Below, piece by piece: positions 1 to 10,486 of a stretch of 64,000 nt of DNA (positions are counted from its first letter, which is position 1; each line of letters begins with the position of its first letter). This DNA comes from an uncultured bacterium (GTDB lineage Bacteria; Patescibacteriota; Minisyncoccia; Phycocordibacterales; Phycocordibacteraceae). The notes under the pieces were generated by a model. It did no database searches. It was not told the DNA's origin and was given only the letters and a program-made list of their open reading frames with translations. The DNA lies in the NCBI GenBank assembly GCA_947085985.1, contig CAMTYL010000003.1, positions 298,108-362,107 of the forward strand, read 5' to 3'. Made by a program: the position numbers and the translations under genes.

Positions 1-1
1 C

Positions 2-604
2 ACTGATAAGCGTCGCATATTTACATCCGTGTCGGACCATGAGCGATTCTTGGCATTGTTGTATTTGTGCAATAGTGAGCATTCCGTAGACATGAAACTA
101 CAAGGTTCAACCTTGTATGAATTGCTTGAGCAGCCGCGTGGCGAAACGCTAGTAGATGTTTCTGCATATTGCTTGATGCCAAACCATTTTCACTTGATAG
201 TAAAAGAGAAAGCTGATGGTGGACTCAGTAAGTTTATGCAGAAAGTTACCACTGGATACACCATGTACTTCAACAAGCGCCACGATCGCTCGGGGTCACT
301 GTTTCAAGGAAGGTTCAAGGTACGTCACATAGACACTGACAGATATCTATCGTACCTGATTTCGTATGTTCACCTTAATCCTGTAAAGATGTTTGAACCC
401 ACATGGAAAGAGACCGGTATCTTGAACCGCACTGACGCACAAGCATTTCTGAGAAGGTATCCATACTCAAGTTACTGCGACTATCTTGGAAAACAACGAC
501 CAGAGCGAGCAGTACTAAATACCAAAAGTCTTCCTGACTACTTTTTAAATGGTACTGACTTTGAAAGAGCCGTCGCAGATTGGCTTACTTACAAGCCAGA
601 ATGA
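2..604 (+). mobile_element. REP-associated tyrosine transposase (RAYT / Y1_Tnp, IS200-like), 5' end truncated by window
   Basis: HUH motif YCLMPNHFHL, YFNKRH..RSGSLFQGRF, YVHLNP and YPYSSY. The frame is open from base 2 (TDKRRIF), matching the usual N-terminal RGxDKRxIF motif. Confidence 0.9.
99..117. repeat. REP-like palindrome TACAAGGTTCAACCTTGTA inside the RAYT gene
   Basis: Palindrome with 8-bp arms; exact reverse complement of 605-623. Confidence 0.8.
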
Positions 605-623
605 TACAAGGTTGAACCTTGTA
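605..623. repeat. REP-like palindrome TACAAGGTTGAACCTTGTA immediately after the RAYT stop
   Basis: Palindrome abutting the TGA; inverted copy of 99-117. Confidence 0.8.
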
Positions 624-650
624 ATTCGTGAGGGAAATTTGGGTGGTTGT

Positions 651-3122
651 CTATAGGGCGACCATGGAGGCAATAGAATCCCCCTCCCGCATCTTCATAA
701 TACGCACACCCTGCGTGGCGCGAGAAAGACTCGGTATCTCTCCCGTAGACACACGAATCACCTGTCCCTTCTTAGAAATCACGACAATTTCTTCTTCCTG
801 ACTCTCTGCACCCACCAGTACCTTTGCACCGATGATGCTTCCCGTCTTAGTAGTAACGTCTGCGGTCTTAATACCTGAGCCACCACGCCCCTGAATCTTG
901 TACTCAGACAGCGGCGTCTTCTTACCGTATCCTTTGTCCATCAAGATAAGGAGTGTCGCTCCCTTAGCGTCTGCGGGCACTACTTCAGCCGAGACGATGC
1001 GATCCCCCTTCTTCACGGTCATGCCGCGCACACCTGCTGCGGTGCGGCCCATGGCGCGTGTCTCGCCCTCATCAAAGCGGATACTCTGCCCTGCGGAAGT
1101 GACGACAGATACACTGTCGCCCTCGCTTGTGAGCTGTGCGGTCACTAGCTTGTCACTACCCTTTAGCGCAATGGCGATAATGCCCGAGCGGCGTACGTCA
1201 GCAAAGTTCTTTGCCTCCACTTTCTTCACCACACCCTCCTGCGTCACAAAGAATACCGAGAGCGCGTCACGCGCCGCTCCCTTTGGCACCGCAAGCACAC
1301 TGGTGACCTTCTCATCACTTGCGATAGAGAGGAAGTTCATGATGGACTTGCCCTTGGTTGCACGCTTTCCTTCTGGCAACTCATACATCTTGAGCTGGTA
1401 CGCCTTTCCGTAATCGGTGAAGAACAACAGGTCAGAGTGCGCCGTTGCTGAGAGGAAGTGAGTCACTACGTCCTCTTCTTTTGTAGACATATCAATGACA
1501 CCCACACCGCCGCGCTTTTGTGCCTTGTACTCGTCTGGGTTCGTGCGCTTTACGTAGCCACCTTGGGTGAGTACCAGCACACTCTCCTCGTCGGGCACCA
1601 GGTCTTCTACAGAAATATTCTTTACACCACCCTTCACAATCTTGGTGCGACGGTCGTCCCCATACTTCTCTCCAATCTCAATCAGCTCGCTACGCACCAC
1701 GGCGAGAATGTTCTTCTCCGAAGAAAGTATCTTCTTAAGTCGCGCAATAAGCTCTGCAAGCTCCTTCAGCTCGTCTTCAATCTTCTTGCGCTCAAGACCA
1801 GCAAGCGTCTGCAAACGCATCGCAAGAATAGCGGCAGTCTGGCGCTCGCTAAAGGCAAACTTCTTTTGGAGTGCGAGGGAGGCCTCTGGGACATCCTTAG
1901 ACTTCTTGATTATCGCAATGACTTCATCAATGTGATCAAGCGCCTTAGAAAGGCCGAGCAAGATGTGCTCGCGCTCTTCTGCCTTTCGTAGCTCGTACTC
2001 GGTGCGGCGACGCACTACCACTTTGCGGTGCGCAATAAAGTTCTCGAGCATGCCCTTCAGTGAGAGTGTCTGCGGCACGCCGTCTACCAGCGCCAGCATG
2101 TTGTAGTGGAACGTGCTCTCAAGCTCGGTGTACTTGTACAGGTTGTTGAGTACTGCTTGTGGGTGCGCCGTACCCTTCAGCTCCACCACCACCCGGATGT
2201 CGTCGGTGGATTCGTCGCGCAGGTCCTTGATACCTTCTAACTTTTTCTCGCGTACCAAGTCCGCAATGCGGGTGATGAGGTCTGCCTTGTTCACGCGATA
2301 CGGGATAGAAGAGATGACGATGTTGGTGCCCTTCTTGTCCTCTATGATGTCCGCCTCGCCGCGCACCACAACACCACCGCGCCCCGTAGTGTACGCGTGG
2401 CGAATGTCGGTCTGATTAAACGCAATGGCGCCAAGAGGGAAGTCTGGCCCCTTCACGTGCTCAAGCAGGTCCTCGGTGGAAGCCTCTGAGTCATCAATTA
2501 AGTGGGCAGTGGCGGCAATAAGCTCGCGCAGGTTGTGCGGAGGAATGTTGGTGGCCATACCCACGGCGATACCAAGTGCACCATTCAAAAGCAGGTTTGG
2601 TGCAGCCGCGGGAAGCACGGTTGGCTCTTGCTTAGACCCGTCAAAGTTTGGAATCCACTCAACCGTCTCCTTTTCAAGGTCACGGAGCATTTCGTCCGCT
2701 AGGCGCGACATTTTGGCTTCAGTGTAGCGGTAGGCTGCGGCCGGGTCGCCGTCAATGGAACCGAAGTTTCCCTGCCCGAGCACAAGCGGATAGCGCGTAG
2801 AGAAGTTTTGCGCGAGCTTTACCATCGCGTCGTACACCGATGCGTCTCCGTGCGGGTGATAACTACCGAGCACCTCTCCCACCACCGTTGCCGACTTGCG
2901 GAATTTGGCCGTAGGCGTAAGGCCTGTCATGCGCATCGCGTAGAGAATGCGGCGATGCACTGGCTTTAGTCCGTCACGCACGTCAGGCAGAGCGCGGCTC
3001 GTGATAACCGTCATCGCGTAGTCAATGTAGGACTGACGCATCTCAGCAGTAATGGACTGCTCAATAATGTTTACGCGCTCTACAGGAACACTTTCTTCAG
3101 GTTTGACAGCTTTCTTTGGCAT
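651..3122 (-). CDS. gyrA: DNA gyrase subunit A
   Basis: [30 protein letters not shown], GyrA-box QKRGGVG and C-terminal beta-pinwheel repeats. Confidence 0.98.
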   Translation of the reverse strand: MPKKAVKPEESVPVERVNIIEQSITAEMRQSYIDYAMTVITSRALPDVRDGLKPVHRRILYAMRMTGLTPTAKFRKSATVVGEVLGSYHPHGDASVYDAMVKLAQNFSTRYPLVLGQGNFGSIDGDPAAAYRYTEAKMSRLADEMLRDLEKETVEWIPNFDGSKQEPTVLPAAAPNLLLNGALGIAVGMATNIPPHNLRELIAATAHLIDDSEASTEDLLEHVKGPDFPLGAIAFNQTDIRHAYTTGRGGVVVRGEADIIEDKKGTNIVISSIPYRVNKADLITRIADLVREKKLEGIKDLRDESTDDIRVVVELKGTAHPQAVLNNLYKYTELESTFHYNMLALVDGVPQTLSLKGMLENFIAHRKVVVRRRTEYELRKAEEREHILLGLSKALDHIDEVIAIIKKSKDVPEASLALQKKFAFSERQTAAILAMRLQTLAGLERKKIEDELKELAELIARLKKILSSEKNILAVVRSELIEIGEKYGDDRRTKIVKGGVKNISVEDLVPDEESVLVLTQGGYVKRTNPDEYKAQKRGGVGVIDMSTKEEDVVTHFLSATAHSDLLFFTDYGKAYQLKMYELPEGKRATKGKSIMNFLSIASDEKVTSVLAVPKGAARDALSVFFVTQEGVVKKVEAKNFADVRRSGIIAIALKGSDKLVTAQLTSEGDSVSVVTSAGQSIRFDEGETRAMGRTAAGVRGMTVKKGDRIVSAEVVPADAKGATLLILMDKGYGKKTPLSEYKIQGRGGSGIKTADVTTKTGSIIGAKVLVGAESQEEEIVVISKKGQVIRVSTGEIPSLSRATQGVRIMKMREGDSIASMVAL

Positions 3123-3131
3123 ACAAGAGTA

Positions 3132-3497
3132 TTAAAACGGAATAACGGTAGCATCAGGACGTACACCAGCGTCCAGGCTTGAACTAGAACGAGTTTCAAC
3201 TACGGAAATTGCAGGCTTCTGCGAACCTGTCCCACCAAAGGCTTCTCCCGCTGCACCCATGAGTGACTTGAGTGTGCCGCCACTTGCAGCCACACCCTCA
3301 GTCACCTCCTGCGGCGGACGTACGCTCTCAGCAACGCTCTTGGTAGCCAGACTGAACGAGCCAGAACTCGCCATAGCAGCAAACCACCCCACGGCAACAA
3401 GCGCCGTGATGCCACCCGACACACCCACCGCTACGCGCTCGCGCACGTGCGAAGGCTGGCTCTTTAGTGTGTGTAGGTGCTGCTTGAATTGCTCCAT
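3132..3497 (-). CDS. Hypothetical single-TM membrane protein
   Basis: 121-aa ORF with one hydrophobic segment, co-oriented with gyrA. Confidence 0.7.
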   Translation of the reverse strand: MEQFKQHLHTLKSQPSHVRERVAVGVSGGITALVAVGWFAAMASSGSFSLATKSVAESVRPPQEVTEGVAASGGTLKSLMGAAGEAFGGTGSQKPAISVVETRSSSSLDAGVRPDATVIPF

Positions 3498-3501
3498 AGG
3501 G

Positions 3502-4143
3502 TTATGGGGTTATTACAATGATAGCACCGCTCTTGTCTGCTGCGTCCTTTTTCTTAAGGGTAAGTTTTTCAACCGTCTCAGCATCACCTGCACCCTCTTC
3601 TAGGAATTGCTCCAACGATTTTGGCTCGCCCATGCCACTCCAGTGCATCGGAATAATGATGCGTGGTTCAAGAGTGACGGCTAGTTTAGCAGCCTCGCTT
3701 GGTGAGAGTACGCCGTCCCCACCAACAGGAACAAACAATATGTCTATCTCATCAATAGCCTCGCGTGCCTCGTGCGAAAGCACGGTATCTGAAAGCGCGC
3801 CTAGGTGCACCAAGGTCATACCTTCAAGGGACACGGCGTATACGGTGTTTACCGCTTCAAGCTGCCCCTTAGGAAGGCCGTACTGACTCTTAGTCAAAAA
3901 TCCCTGCACCGTCACGCCCGCGCGCTCATACTCACCAGGACCCTGGATAACAAACGGTTCCGCACCCCCAAAGGAAACCTCTTCAGTGCCGTTCATGTCA
4001 GGGTGATTGCGAGACACCATAGCGATGTCAGCGCCAAAGCGCACCGGCGAAAGCGAGCCACCCTTGGCAATAGGGTCAAAGACCAGGGTCAAGTCTCCGA
4101 GCGTCACCTTGTAACACTGGCCCCCGTGATGTGTAATAACCAT
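3502..4143 (-). CDS. MBL-fold metallo-hydrolase (Lactamase_B_3-like)
   Basis: MVITHHGGQC, DP, GPGEYE, HLGAL, PVGG and IIIPMHW. Start reassigned to the ATG at 4143. Confidence 0.85.
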   Translation of the reverse strand: MVITHHGGQCYKVTLGDLTLVFDPIAKGGSLSPVRFGADIAMVSRNHPDMNGTEEVSFGGAEPFVIQGPGEYERAGVTVQGFLTKSQYGLPKGQLEAVNTVYAVSLEGMTLVHLGALSDTVLSHEAREAIDEIDILFVPVGGDGVLSPSEAAKLAVTLEPRIIIPMHWSGMGEPKSLEQFLEEGAGDAETVEKLTLKKKDAADKSGAIIVITP

Positions 4144-4340
4144 TACCTCTATTTTACTACAAAACCCTCCTATATACGAGCAACGGTTGGAGCAAGGTTT
4201 TGACAAAAACAGTGGATATGCTACAACAGATGTACTGACATGTGCGCCGGGAGACTCGTAACAGAGGGGCAACCCTCTTTTCGCGTTCCCTGCGTAGGAT
4301 GCAGTTTGTACAAACCCAAGGAATCCTGAAAGGATCCAAC

Positions 4341-4580
4341 ATGACCGACAAGAAGACCACTGTGAAGACCGGCAACACCGTCGGCACGCTCCTGCTCATG
4401 GGCGCCACGGCCATCGTTACCATGATCGCCATGTCCAGGAAGAAGCAGATCGTCGACGGCATCAATGCCGGCATGACCGCGGCGGCCGCGGCTGCCCAGA
4501 AGCTGGCCGACGGCGGCCTGCAGGCTCTGGTGCCCGACAAGATGAACGGCGGCACGCACGCCGCCCCGTCCGGCCACTAG
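4341..4580 (+). CDS. Small hypothetical membrane protein (GC-rich accessory gene)
   Basis: GAAAGGA SD before the ATG, TTGACA at ~4200, one TM segment, downstream hairpin. Confidence 0.7.
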   Translation: MTDKKTTVKTGNTVGTLLLMGATAIVTMIAMSRKKQIVDGINAGMTAAAAAAQKLADGGLQALVPDKMNGGTHAAPSGH

Positions 4581-4633
4581 GACCCACGGTCCAGACAGCA
4601 ATCAGGGGATAACCCAGACCCTGAAAGAAGTCG

Positions 4634-4670
4634 ACCCCGCGAGCGCGAGCTTGCGGGGCTTTCTTTTTAT
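4634..4670 (+). terminator. Rho-independent terminator
   Basis: CCCCGCGAGC-GCGA-GCTTGCGGGG followed by a T-rich run. Confidence 0.75.
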
Positions 4671-4800
4671 TACGACACATCCACAGGGGTATTGACAAGT
4701 CCTCTGAATACTTGGTAGTATTTTTGGGTTCGTGCCCAATTGCAAGCATTGCATTGGGGTTTCGCGAATTGAACTACTCAGACGAAGAAGGACTGCAACC

Positions 4801-5214
4801 ATGAAAATGCGTATGCTTTCCGCGGCCGCCATCGGCGTGATCGCGTTGACCGCTTCCGGCGCTTCCGCTTCGGCCCTGGCCGACAGCAATCCGAACCGTG
4901 TGCTCGACCTCGCCCCCGAATCCGGCGGCATCACGTCCATCGACGACGGCTCCGGCATCACCGGCGGCGGCTCGCGCGACCAGGATCTGTATCAGAGCGG
5001 CATGAACATCGGCGGCACGATCGGCGACGACCAGAAGTCGGACTACGGCCTGGCCCAGATGGCCGTCGCCAGCGATGACCGGACCGCCCGCCCGCTGTTC
5101 CGCGACGGCCACATCGCCTATGCCGCCGACACCGACGACGACTCGCCGCCGGCCTACATCATCGCCGCCGGCCTGACCGCCACGACCGCCGCCGGCGCCA
5201 TCGCGCCGAGCTAG
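4801..5214 (+). CDS. Hypothetical secreted acidic protein
   Basis: Sec signal peptide (MKMRMLSAAAIG...ASASALA), GC-rich codon usage, promoter TTGACA(4692)-18-TAGTAT. Confidence 0.75.
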   Translation: MKMRMLSAAAIGVIALTASGASASALADSNPNRVLDLAPESGGITSIDDGSGITGGGSRDQDLYQSGMNIGGTIGDDQKSDYGLAQMAVASDDRTARPLFRDGHIAYAADTDDDSPPAYIIAAGLTATTAAGAIAPS

Positions 5215-5376
5215 ACCACCCACGGTCGAGCACGCACTGCATGGGAAGGGGGCGACTTCGGTCGCCCCCGACCACCCTTCTTCTCTCTGTTTGATCTTTT
5301 GAGACAGCCACCTCACGGTGGTTTTTTTATTTACAAAATGTGCTATAATGCACTCATAGGAGAAAGGAGGTCAACG

Positions 5377-5526
5377 ATGCCTACTAGTGGCTTTCAGCAG
5401 CAAGACCGCTCCGGCAGCACTTTTTTGCCCACCCTTGGGCAGTGCACGCCGCAACAGCACAGGTCCAAGGGTACCAGCCCCGCCCCAAAGGAGGAGCAGC
5501 CGGACGAAAAGCCCAACAAGGACTAG
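5377..5526 (+). CDS. Small hypothetical protein (49 aa)
   Basis: Strong SD AAAGGAGGT and TGcTATAAT upstream. Confidence 0.5.
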   Translation: MPTSGFQQQDRSGSTFLPTLGQCTPQQHRSKGTSPAPKEEQPDEKPNKD

Positions 5527-5745
5527 CGACAGGTCTGGAGCACACGCTCCGGGCCTGTCGGCGCCCTTTCCCTCCGTACCTTCCGAAGGCCCGCACGACC
5601 CGTGCGGGTTTTGTCATATATATAGGTATATGCTACAAATAGGCTACATCGCGAGCGTGCAAACAGGACGCGAGTGGGCTAACCCCTGACATACCGTAAG
5701 GCAGTCAGTACCCACCTGCATAAGGCGCGCCGCTCCCGATTTCAT

Positions 5746-6897
5746 ATGTCTGACGACACCATGACTATGGAGGCTGAGGTGAAAGCACCCGCCCCCGTTA
5801 ATGTCACCTTTACTCTAGAACCCGACCACGCAATGGCAGGGCTTGTTGACCGTATTGCTACCCCGCCTCGCGCTGGCGACCTCGTAGAGGGAACCATCAT
5901 TGAACTTGTGCGTGGACGCCTCTACGTAGACTTGCCTCCATTTGGAACAGGTATCATCTACGGTCGCGAATACCTAAACGCAGCCGACGTACTTCGTAAG
6001 TCAAACCCGGGCGACATGATTTCTGCCAAGGTGGTAGATGCCTCTGGTATTGAGGGATACATAGAACTCTCACTTAAGGAGGCTCGCCAGGCTGCTATTT
6101 GGGGCGAGGCTGAGCAGGCTATCGTTGCACAGACCGTCTACACACTTACTGTTGAAGAGGCAAACAAGGGAGGACTCATCCTTTCTTGGCAGGGTATCCA
6201 GGGCTTCCTTCCAGCTTCTCAGCTTTCAAAGGAGCACTACCCACGCGTACCGGAGGGAGACAAGGACAAGATCTTTGGCGAGCTTCAGAAGCTTGCTGGT
6301 CACCCACTTTCCGTTCGCATCATCACTGCGGACCCGAAGGAAGGAAAGCTTATCTTCTCTGAGCGCGCAGGTCAGGAGGACGAAGAGAAGGCGACGCTTG
6401 TTGATAAGTACCAGGTTGGCGACGTCGTAGACGGCGAAGTAACTGGCGCTGTTGACTTCGGTGTATTCGTGAAGCTTGAGCAGGGTCTTGAGGGACTCGT
6501 ACACATCTCTGAGCTTGATTGGGGACTTGTTGAGGACCCACGCATGCTCTTTAAGGTTGGCGACCGTGTAAAGGTGAAGGTTATTGAGGTAAAGGACGGA
6601 AAGGTTTCTCTTTCTATCAAGGCACTCAAGGAAAACCCTTGGAAGATTGCAACCGACAAGTACCAGAAGGGTATGGAGGTTACCGGAGCAATCATCAAGT
6701 ACAACAAGCACGGCGCGCTTGCCTCTATTGAGGAAGGTGTTGCAGGACTTGTACACATCAGCGAGTTCGCTTCCCCAGTGGAGCTTCGCGAGACGCTTGA
6801 GCTAGGTAAGGTGTACCCATTCACCATTACCCTCTTTGAGCCAAAGGATCAGCGCATGACTCTCTCATACGCAGGACCGAAGAAGGTCAAGAAGTAA
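5746..6897 (+). CDS. rpsA: 30S ribosomal protein S1 (4 S1 domains)
   Basis: Repeated S1 motifs (FGVFV..GLVHISEL, GFLPASQL). Confidence 0.95.
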   Translation: MSDDTMTMEAEVKAPAPVNVTFTLEPDHAMAGLVDRIATPPRAGDLVEGTIIELVRGRLYVDLPPFGTGIIYGREYLNAADVLRKSNPGDMISAKVVDASGIEGYIELSLKEARQAAIWGEAEQAIVAQTVYTLTVEEANKGGLILSWQGIQGFLPASQLSKEHYPRVPEGDKDKIFGELQKLAGHPLSVRIITADPKEGKLIFSERAGQEDEEKATLVDKYQVGDVVDGEVTGAVDFGVFVKLEQGLEGLVHISELDWGLVEDPRMLFKVGDRVKVKVIEVKDGKVSLSIKALKENPWKIATDKYQKGMEVTGAIIKYNKHGALASIEEGVAGLVHISEFASPVELRETLELGKVYPFTITLFEPKDQRMTLSYAGPKKVKK

Positions 6898-6919
6898 TAT
6901 CCGAGAGGATGGAACAAAC

Positions 6920-6949
6920 AAAACGCCGAGGGCTAGCCCTCGGCGTTTT
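6920..6949 (+). terminator. Terminator of rpsA
   Basis: Perfect palindrome AAAACGCCGAGGGCTAGCCCTCGGCGTTTT. Confidence 0.85.
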
Positions 6950-6969
6950 GCGTGCTACCATAGCGACAT

Positions 6970-7308
6970 ATGACAGGCCCAGAAGGATTTGGTACGTACA
7001 ATACGTTCAAAGTAGATAGTGACGCCCCACAAACAAAGCTCGAGCAAACACCAGCTGCAGAGGACGGCGTCTTTGCAGAGTTCTCTCCAGCAGAGCTGAA
7101 GGAACTTACCAGTGGCCCCTTGAACCAAGTGGGCTGGCTTATGGGTGACTTGAATCACCCAGCGGTTGCCTATCTCTCCGGCGACACTATTAATGCAATG
7201 CGCGCCTACGTAGCGACCGCAGTGAAGGAAGAGCGTGCTCCCCTCGCGCGAGCAATTGCAGCCGGCTTTGAAGAGGCCTCCGAACGCGAAATGGACAAAG
7301 CTGCGTAG
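6970..7308 (+). CDS. Hypothetical protein
   Basis: 112-aa ORF preceded by a TGcTACCAT -10 box. Confidence 0.6.
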   Translation: MTGPEGFGTYNTFKVDSDAPQTKLEQTPAAEDGVFAEFSPAELKELTSGPLNQVGWLMGDLNHPAVAYLSGDTINAMRAYVATAVKEERAPLARAIAAGFEEASEREMDKAA

Positions 7309-7357
7309 CAGCAAATGAAGAACTCCGCGTAGGACACGGAGCCCTCCACGGAGTAGT

Positions 7358-7840
7358 CTAGTTGTTGCAGAGCGTACCGCCCTGATAGAAGTGTTCGCCC
7401 ATGACGAGCGAACCACGATAAAGGACTCCCTCACTTCCGCTGAACCGGCTGAACGTACTGCCGGTCCTTGGCGCGTTGGTGTACTGAAGCGAACCGATCG
7501 TGAAGACATCGGGACCACGCCCTCCGTAGAAGCTACGGTTGCGGTAGTTGGATCCGAGAGCCCGCTTCAGGAATTTGGACGCCTCGGGCAGGTACCAGCC
7601 GTAGTATTGCATGACCCAAACAGGCTTATGGTCCTCGACAATCAGCGTACTGCCGGCCGAGTAGGTGCCGCCATTCGCAAACCAGCTGTCTTCCACCATA
7701 AAGTGCCCACAGGGGCTGTAGTAGCGGAACCGCTTCATGCAGACTTCCACCGTAACCGTTTCCGGCTGATTGTCAGAGACGTAGCCCTGGTTGAGCGCGT
7801 CAAACAAGACGCCTTTCAACACTTGTTCGCTTGAAGGCAT
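7358..7840 (-). CDS. DUF5680-like protein
   Basis: PVWVMQYYG, FLKRAL, GRGP, YTN..G....FSGSE and FYQGG pattern. Confidence 0.65.
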   Translation of the reverse strand: MPSSEQVLKGVLFDALNQGYVSDNQPETVTVEVCMKRFRYYSPCGHFMVEDSWFANGGTYSAGSTLIVEDHKPVWVMQYYGWYLPEASKFLKRALGSNYRNRSFYGGRGPDVFTIGSLQYTNAPRTGSTFSRFSGSEGVLYRGSLVMGEHFYQGGTLCNN

Positions 7841-7885
7841 GATGTGCCCCTTTCAGTTGACCCAAGCGGAGTCTACTACAATCAG

Positions 7886-8446
7886 CTACTTCTCGCACAC
7901 TCCAGGGGCCCAGAGTCCACGGCCAGCAGCTTCGGCTTCTTTCTGCGCCGTCTTAAATTCTGCCTGATACTTGTATGGAAGTCGATACGTGTACTCATAC
8001 GCGTACCCTTCTTCAATCATGTATCTATTGAACAAAAGTCCGTCCTCACGGATTACATAGCCGAGTAGGCGTCCGTATTTGTCGCGCTCACCCTGCGAGC
8101 TTTCGGTTTCTATGCGCACCTGTTGCCCATCTAGTAGCTCCTTTGCCTTTGCAGAAGCTTCTTTGCCGAAACACTCCACGGGCCTGCGCGGGTCCACCGT
8201 CTCTGGCGTATTCATACCAATCAATCGCACCGTCTCCTTCTTCCCATTCATATCAATATGAATGGTGTCGCCGTCCACCACCTTCAGTACACTGTAGTGT
8301 GTCGTGGAGGCAACCATACTGTCAGTAGTATCAACAGGTGCTGTTGGAGTGCTCACTTGTATGCCAAAAAGAAGAAGCAGTGCTATGAGCAACTCGGAGC
8401 CAAATTGCAACAGCGTATCCTGAATCATGTTCTTACTAGTGTACAC
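7886..8446 (-). CDS. Thermonuclease (SNase) family protein
   Basis: VVDGDT, VRLIGMNTPE, RDKYGRLLGYV, GRGLW and an N-terminal TM segment. Confidence 0.93.
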   Translation of the reverse strand: MYTSKNMIQDTLLQFGSELLIALLLLFGIQVSTPTAPVDTTDSMVASTTHYSVLKVVDGDTIHIDMNGKKETVRLIGMNTPETVDPRRPVECFGKEASAKAKELLDGQQVRIETESSQGERDKYGRLLGYVIREDGLLFNRYMIEEGYAYEYTYRLPYKYQAEFKTAQKEAEAAGRGLWAPGVCEK

Positions 8447-8648
8447 GGAGTGCGAAACTTAAATTGCACGTATAGGTTGAGAGTGGTAGTTCAAGCATTA
8501 TATGGACCTCGTAGGTTCATGTATCAAATCAAATTGATCGCTGGTTGCCGCACCATTTCCTACTTCGCCTCGTCTGTGTTATGAATACCGCGGACTGTTG
8601 CAGCAGCTGTGGGCGTCGTGCCTGTACCTGCAACAAAAGGAGGTCACC

Positions 8649-9137
8649 ATGACCAGCACCAAGACTAGGAGCTGTGGCGGGTGCACCGCCTGTTGCCATA
8701 CCCATTCCGTGGATATGGACGGGGTCTATACACCCCGATTCAAAGACTGCTCCCACTGCGTAATCGGAGTGGGTTGTGGTGTGTACGAGTCGCGTCCGTA
8801 CTCCTGTTCTATATACCGCTGCCTCTGGCTTACGGGAATGCCCGATCATATGCGGCCCGACAAGTTTGGCGTCGTGCTTGATGTCTGGACGGTGCCGAAC
8901 GAAACAATGCGGTTCCTAAACTTTTGGGAAGTATACCCCGGAAGACTCAACGAACCTGACGTCGGAGAGTTCATAGAGGGACTGCTCGCCACTCGACCCT
9001 ACGTGATCATCTGCCGCCGGCCGGATTTCGCGGTAGATATCCGCTTTCCCCACGGTATTGATATCGGGGAACAAGAGCGGCTCACGCGAACGATCCTGAA
9101 AGAGATACAAGTGCAGGGCGAATACGCCAACGCGTAG
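8649..9137 (+). CDS. YkgJ-like CxxCxxCC zinc/iron-chelating protein
   Basis: CGGCTACC, C.VYESRP..C..Y.C.WL and RPDK; SD AAGGAGG. Confidence 0.75.
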   Translation: MTSTKTRSCGGCTACCHTHSVDMDGVYTPRFKDCSHCVIGVGCGVYESRPYSCSIYRCLWLTGMPDHMRPDKFGVVLDVWTVPNETMRFLNFWEVYPGRLNEPDVGEFIEGLLATRPYVIICRRPDFAVDIRFPHGIDIGEQERLTRTILKEIQVQGEYANA

Positions 9138-9155
9138 TGGCGCGCACCACGACAC

Positions 9156-9189
9156 AGGGCCCGACGAGCAATCGTCGGGCCCTTTCTGC
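9156..9189. repeat. 34-bp hairpin repeat, copy 1
   Basis: AGGGCCCGACGAGCAATCGTCGGGCCCTTTCTGC, identical to 10429-10462. Confidence 0.9.
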
Positions 9190-9247
9190 ATACGCAGTTT
9201 TACAAATTAGTTCCGGGCGGCCCCTGGTGGGGCCGCCCGGTAATGGC

Positions 9248-9853
9248 TCAATCAATAACCTGGCAGTAGCGCTGGACCGACAGGTCGAGCGTACCCCACG
9301 TGGTCCACTGCCGCAGGAACTGAAGCGCGAAGCGCATCTGATGCTCCTTGGACTTGCCGTAAAGGGCCTCTTTGAGGCGACCCTTAGCAGCCCACAGTCC
9401 CGGGAGGAACCAGATTTCCCAGTACAGACCCGAGTCACCCCGCCGCGATCGCATGCAGGCGAATCCGCACTCCGCCAGAAGTTCCGCGTTGGCCCTGTAC
9501 CCTTCCGGAGTGTAGGAGTAGCCGCAGAGATGCTGGATGAAGATAGATTGCGACTGCTCGTTCCAGTTCACAATCGGCTCAAACAGTTCGGCCTGGTAGT
9601 GCTCCGGATTCTTTTCTTCACGAGTCGGCGTTCGCCACTGCGGAAGCATGGCGTCCTCGGTGGGGGCGGGCACCGGCTCGTGCGCGGGGGCGAATTCAAG
9701 CCGCCCGCCGACAAGCCGCGCCCACCAGTGTCCATGCATCATGCCCTGGATCTTCTCGCCTTCTTCTTCGGTGAGGTCGGAGATAGTTACCTCGCCTCGT
9801 GGACCTCCACGAGACATGGAAATTCGCGCACGAGGCGGTTCGTTGCTGTCCAT
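9248..9853 (-). CDS. Hypothetical protein (phage-like accessory gene)
   Basis: 201-aa ORF with SD-like GAAGGG upstream. Confidence 0.65.
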   Translation of the reverse strand: MDSNEPPRARISMSRGGPRGEVTISDLTEEEGEKIQGMMHGHWWARLVGGRLEFAPAHEPVPAPTEDAMLPQWRTPTREEKNPEHYQAELFEPIVNWNEQSQSIFIQHLCGYSYTPEGYRANAELLAECGFACMRSRRGDSGLYWEIWFLPGLWAAKGRLKEALYGKSKEHQMRFALQFLRQWTTWGTLDLSVQRYCQVID

Positions 9854-10009
9854 GGTCTAGCCCTTCTGTTGAACATGCCTGCCTATGGTGTACAGGAGAT
9901 GGAAACAAATCGCAACCAGGAGATTTCCGCCGCTTTTGACAACACAGAAATATGCATGCACACTATGGGCAACGGGACCGGCCCCTACTACCCGTTAAGG
10001 AGGTGTTCT

Positions 10010-10291
10010 TTGAAAGAATGCTTTAATACCGTCGCCGCTCTCAGGACCAAAGCCCTAGAGCGCGGTGTAGTACTTCGTACGCCCCACGACGCAGCCGCTC
10101 GGTCCGCCCTAAAGCAGACCGACGAATGGGTCCTCGCTACCAAGGACCCGCGGACAGGCTGGATAGTTGTGCCGACGCACGACAACCGAGGACTCCCCGA
10201 GGAGCAGTGGTACGCGCTCTGGAAAGACATGAAGGTGGAGCTGGAAGCACAACAGTGCGACGGCTCCTGGCACGACTACTTCACGCAATAA
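10010..10291 (+). CDS. Hypothetical protein (93 aa, TTG start)
   Basis: TAAGGAGGT directly upstream of an in-frame TTG. Confidence 0.55.
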   Translation: MKECFNTVAALRTKALERGVVLRTPHDAAARSALKQTDEWVLATKDPRTGWIVVPTHDNRGLPEEQWYALWKDMKVELEAQQCDGSWHDYFTQ

Positions 10292-10428
10292 GTTTCTGGG
10301 AGGAAACAATGAACGCGTGTAATTGCCCCGTGCGACTGGACACCCCGACCGGTGTCCGTCGCACGGGTTTTTATTATCAGCGCGGCGGCCTTTGCAATAT
10401 GTATGTAGACCTGCGCACCAAACCGGAA

Positions 10429-10462
10429 AGGGCCCGACGAGCAATCGTCGGGCCCTTTCTGC
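10429..10462. repeat. 34-bp hairpin repeat, copy 2
   Basis: Identical to 9156-9189. Confidence 0.9.
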
Positions 10463-10486
10463 CAGCTTTCGCGGTCGCTATGTAGC

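Noticed and set aside
898-2727. Plus-strand ORFs inside gyrA, and similar antisense ORFs in nrdA, ftsZ, valS, lepA, pth and others
   Set aside because: These are shadow ORFs opposite well-supported genes and have no motifs.
5640-5745. c-di-GMP-like riboswitch in the rpsA leader
   Set aside because: Only fragments (GCAAAC, GGACGC) are present, without the required stems. At most this is a structured 5' UTR.
9137-10291. 383-384-aa plus-strand ORF
   Set aside because: It runs through a hairpin repeat and is antisense to 9248-9853. Only the last 93 codons have an SD and look genuine.
7358-10462. Prophage
   Set aside because: There are phage-like orphans but no integrase, terminase or structural genes.
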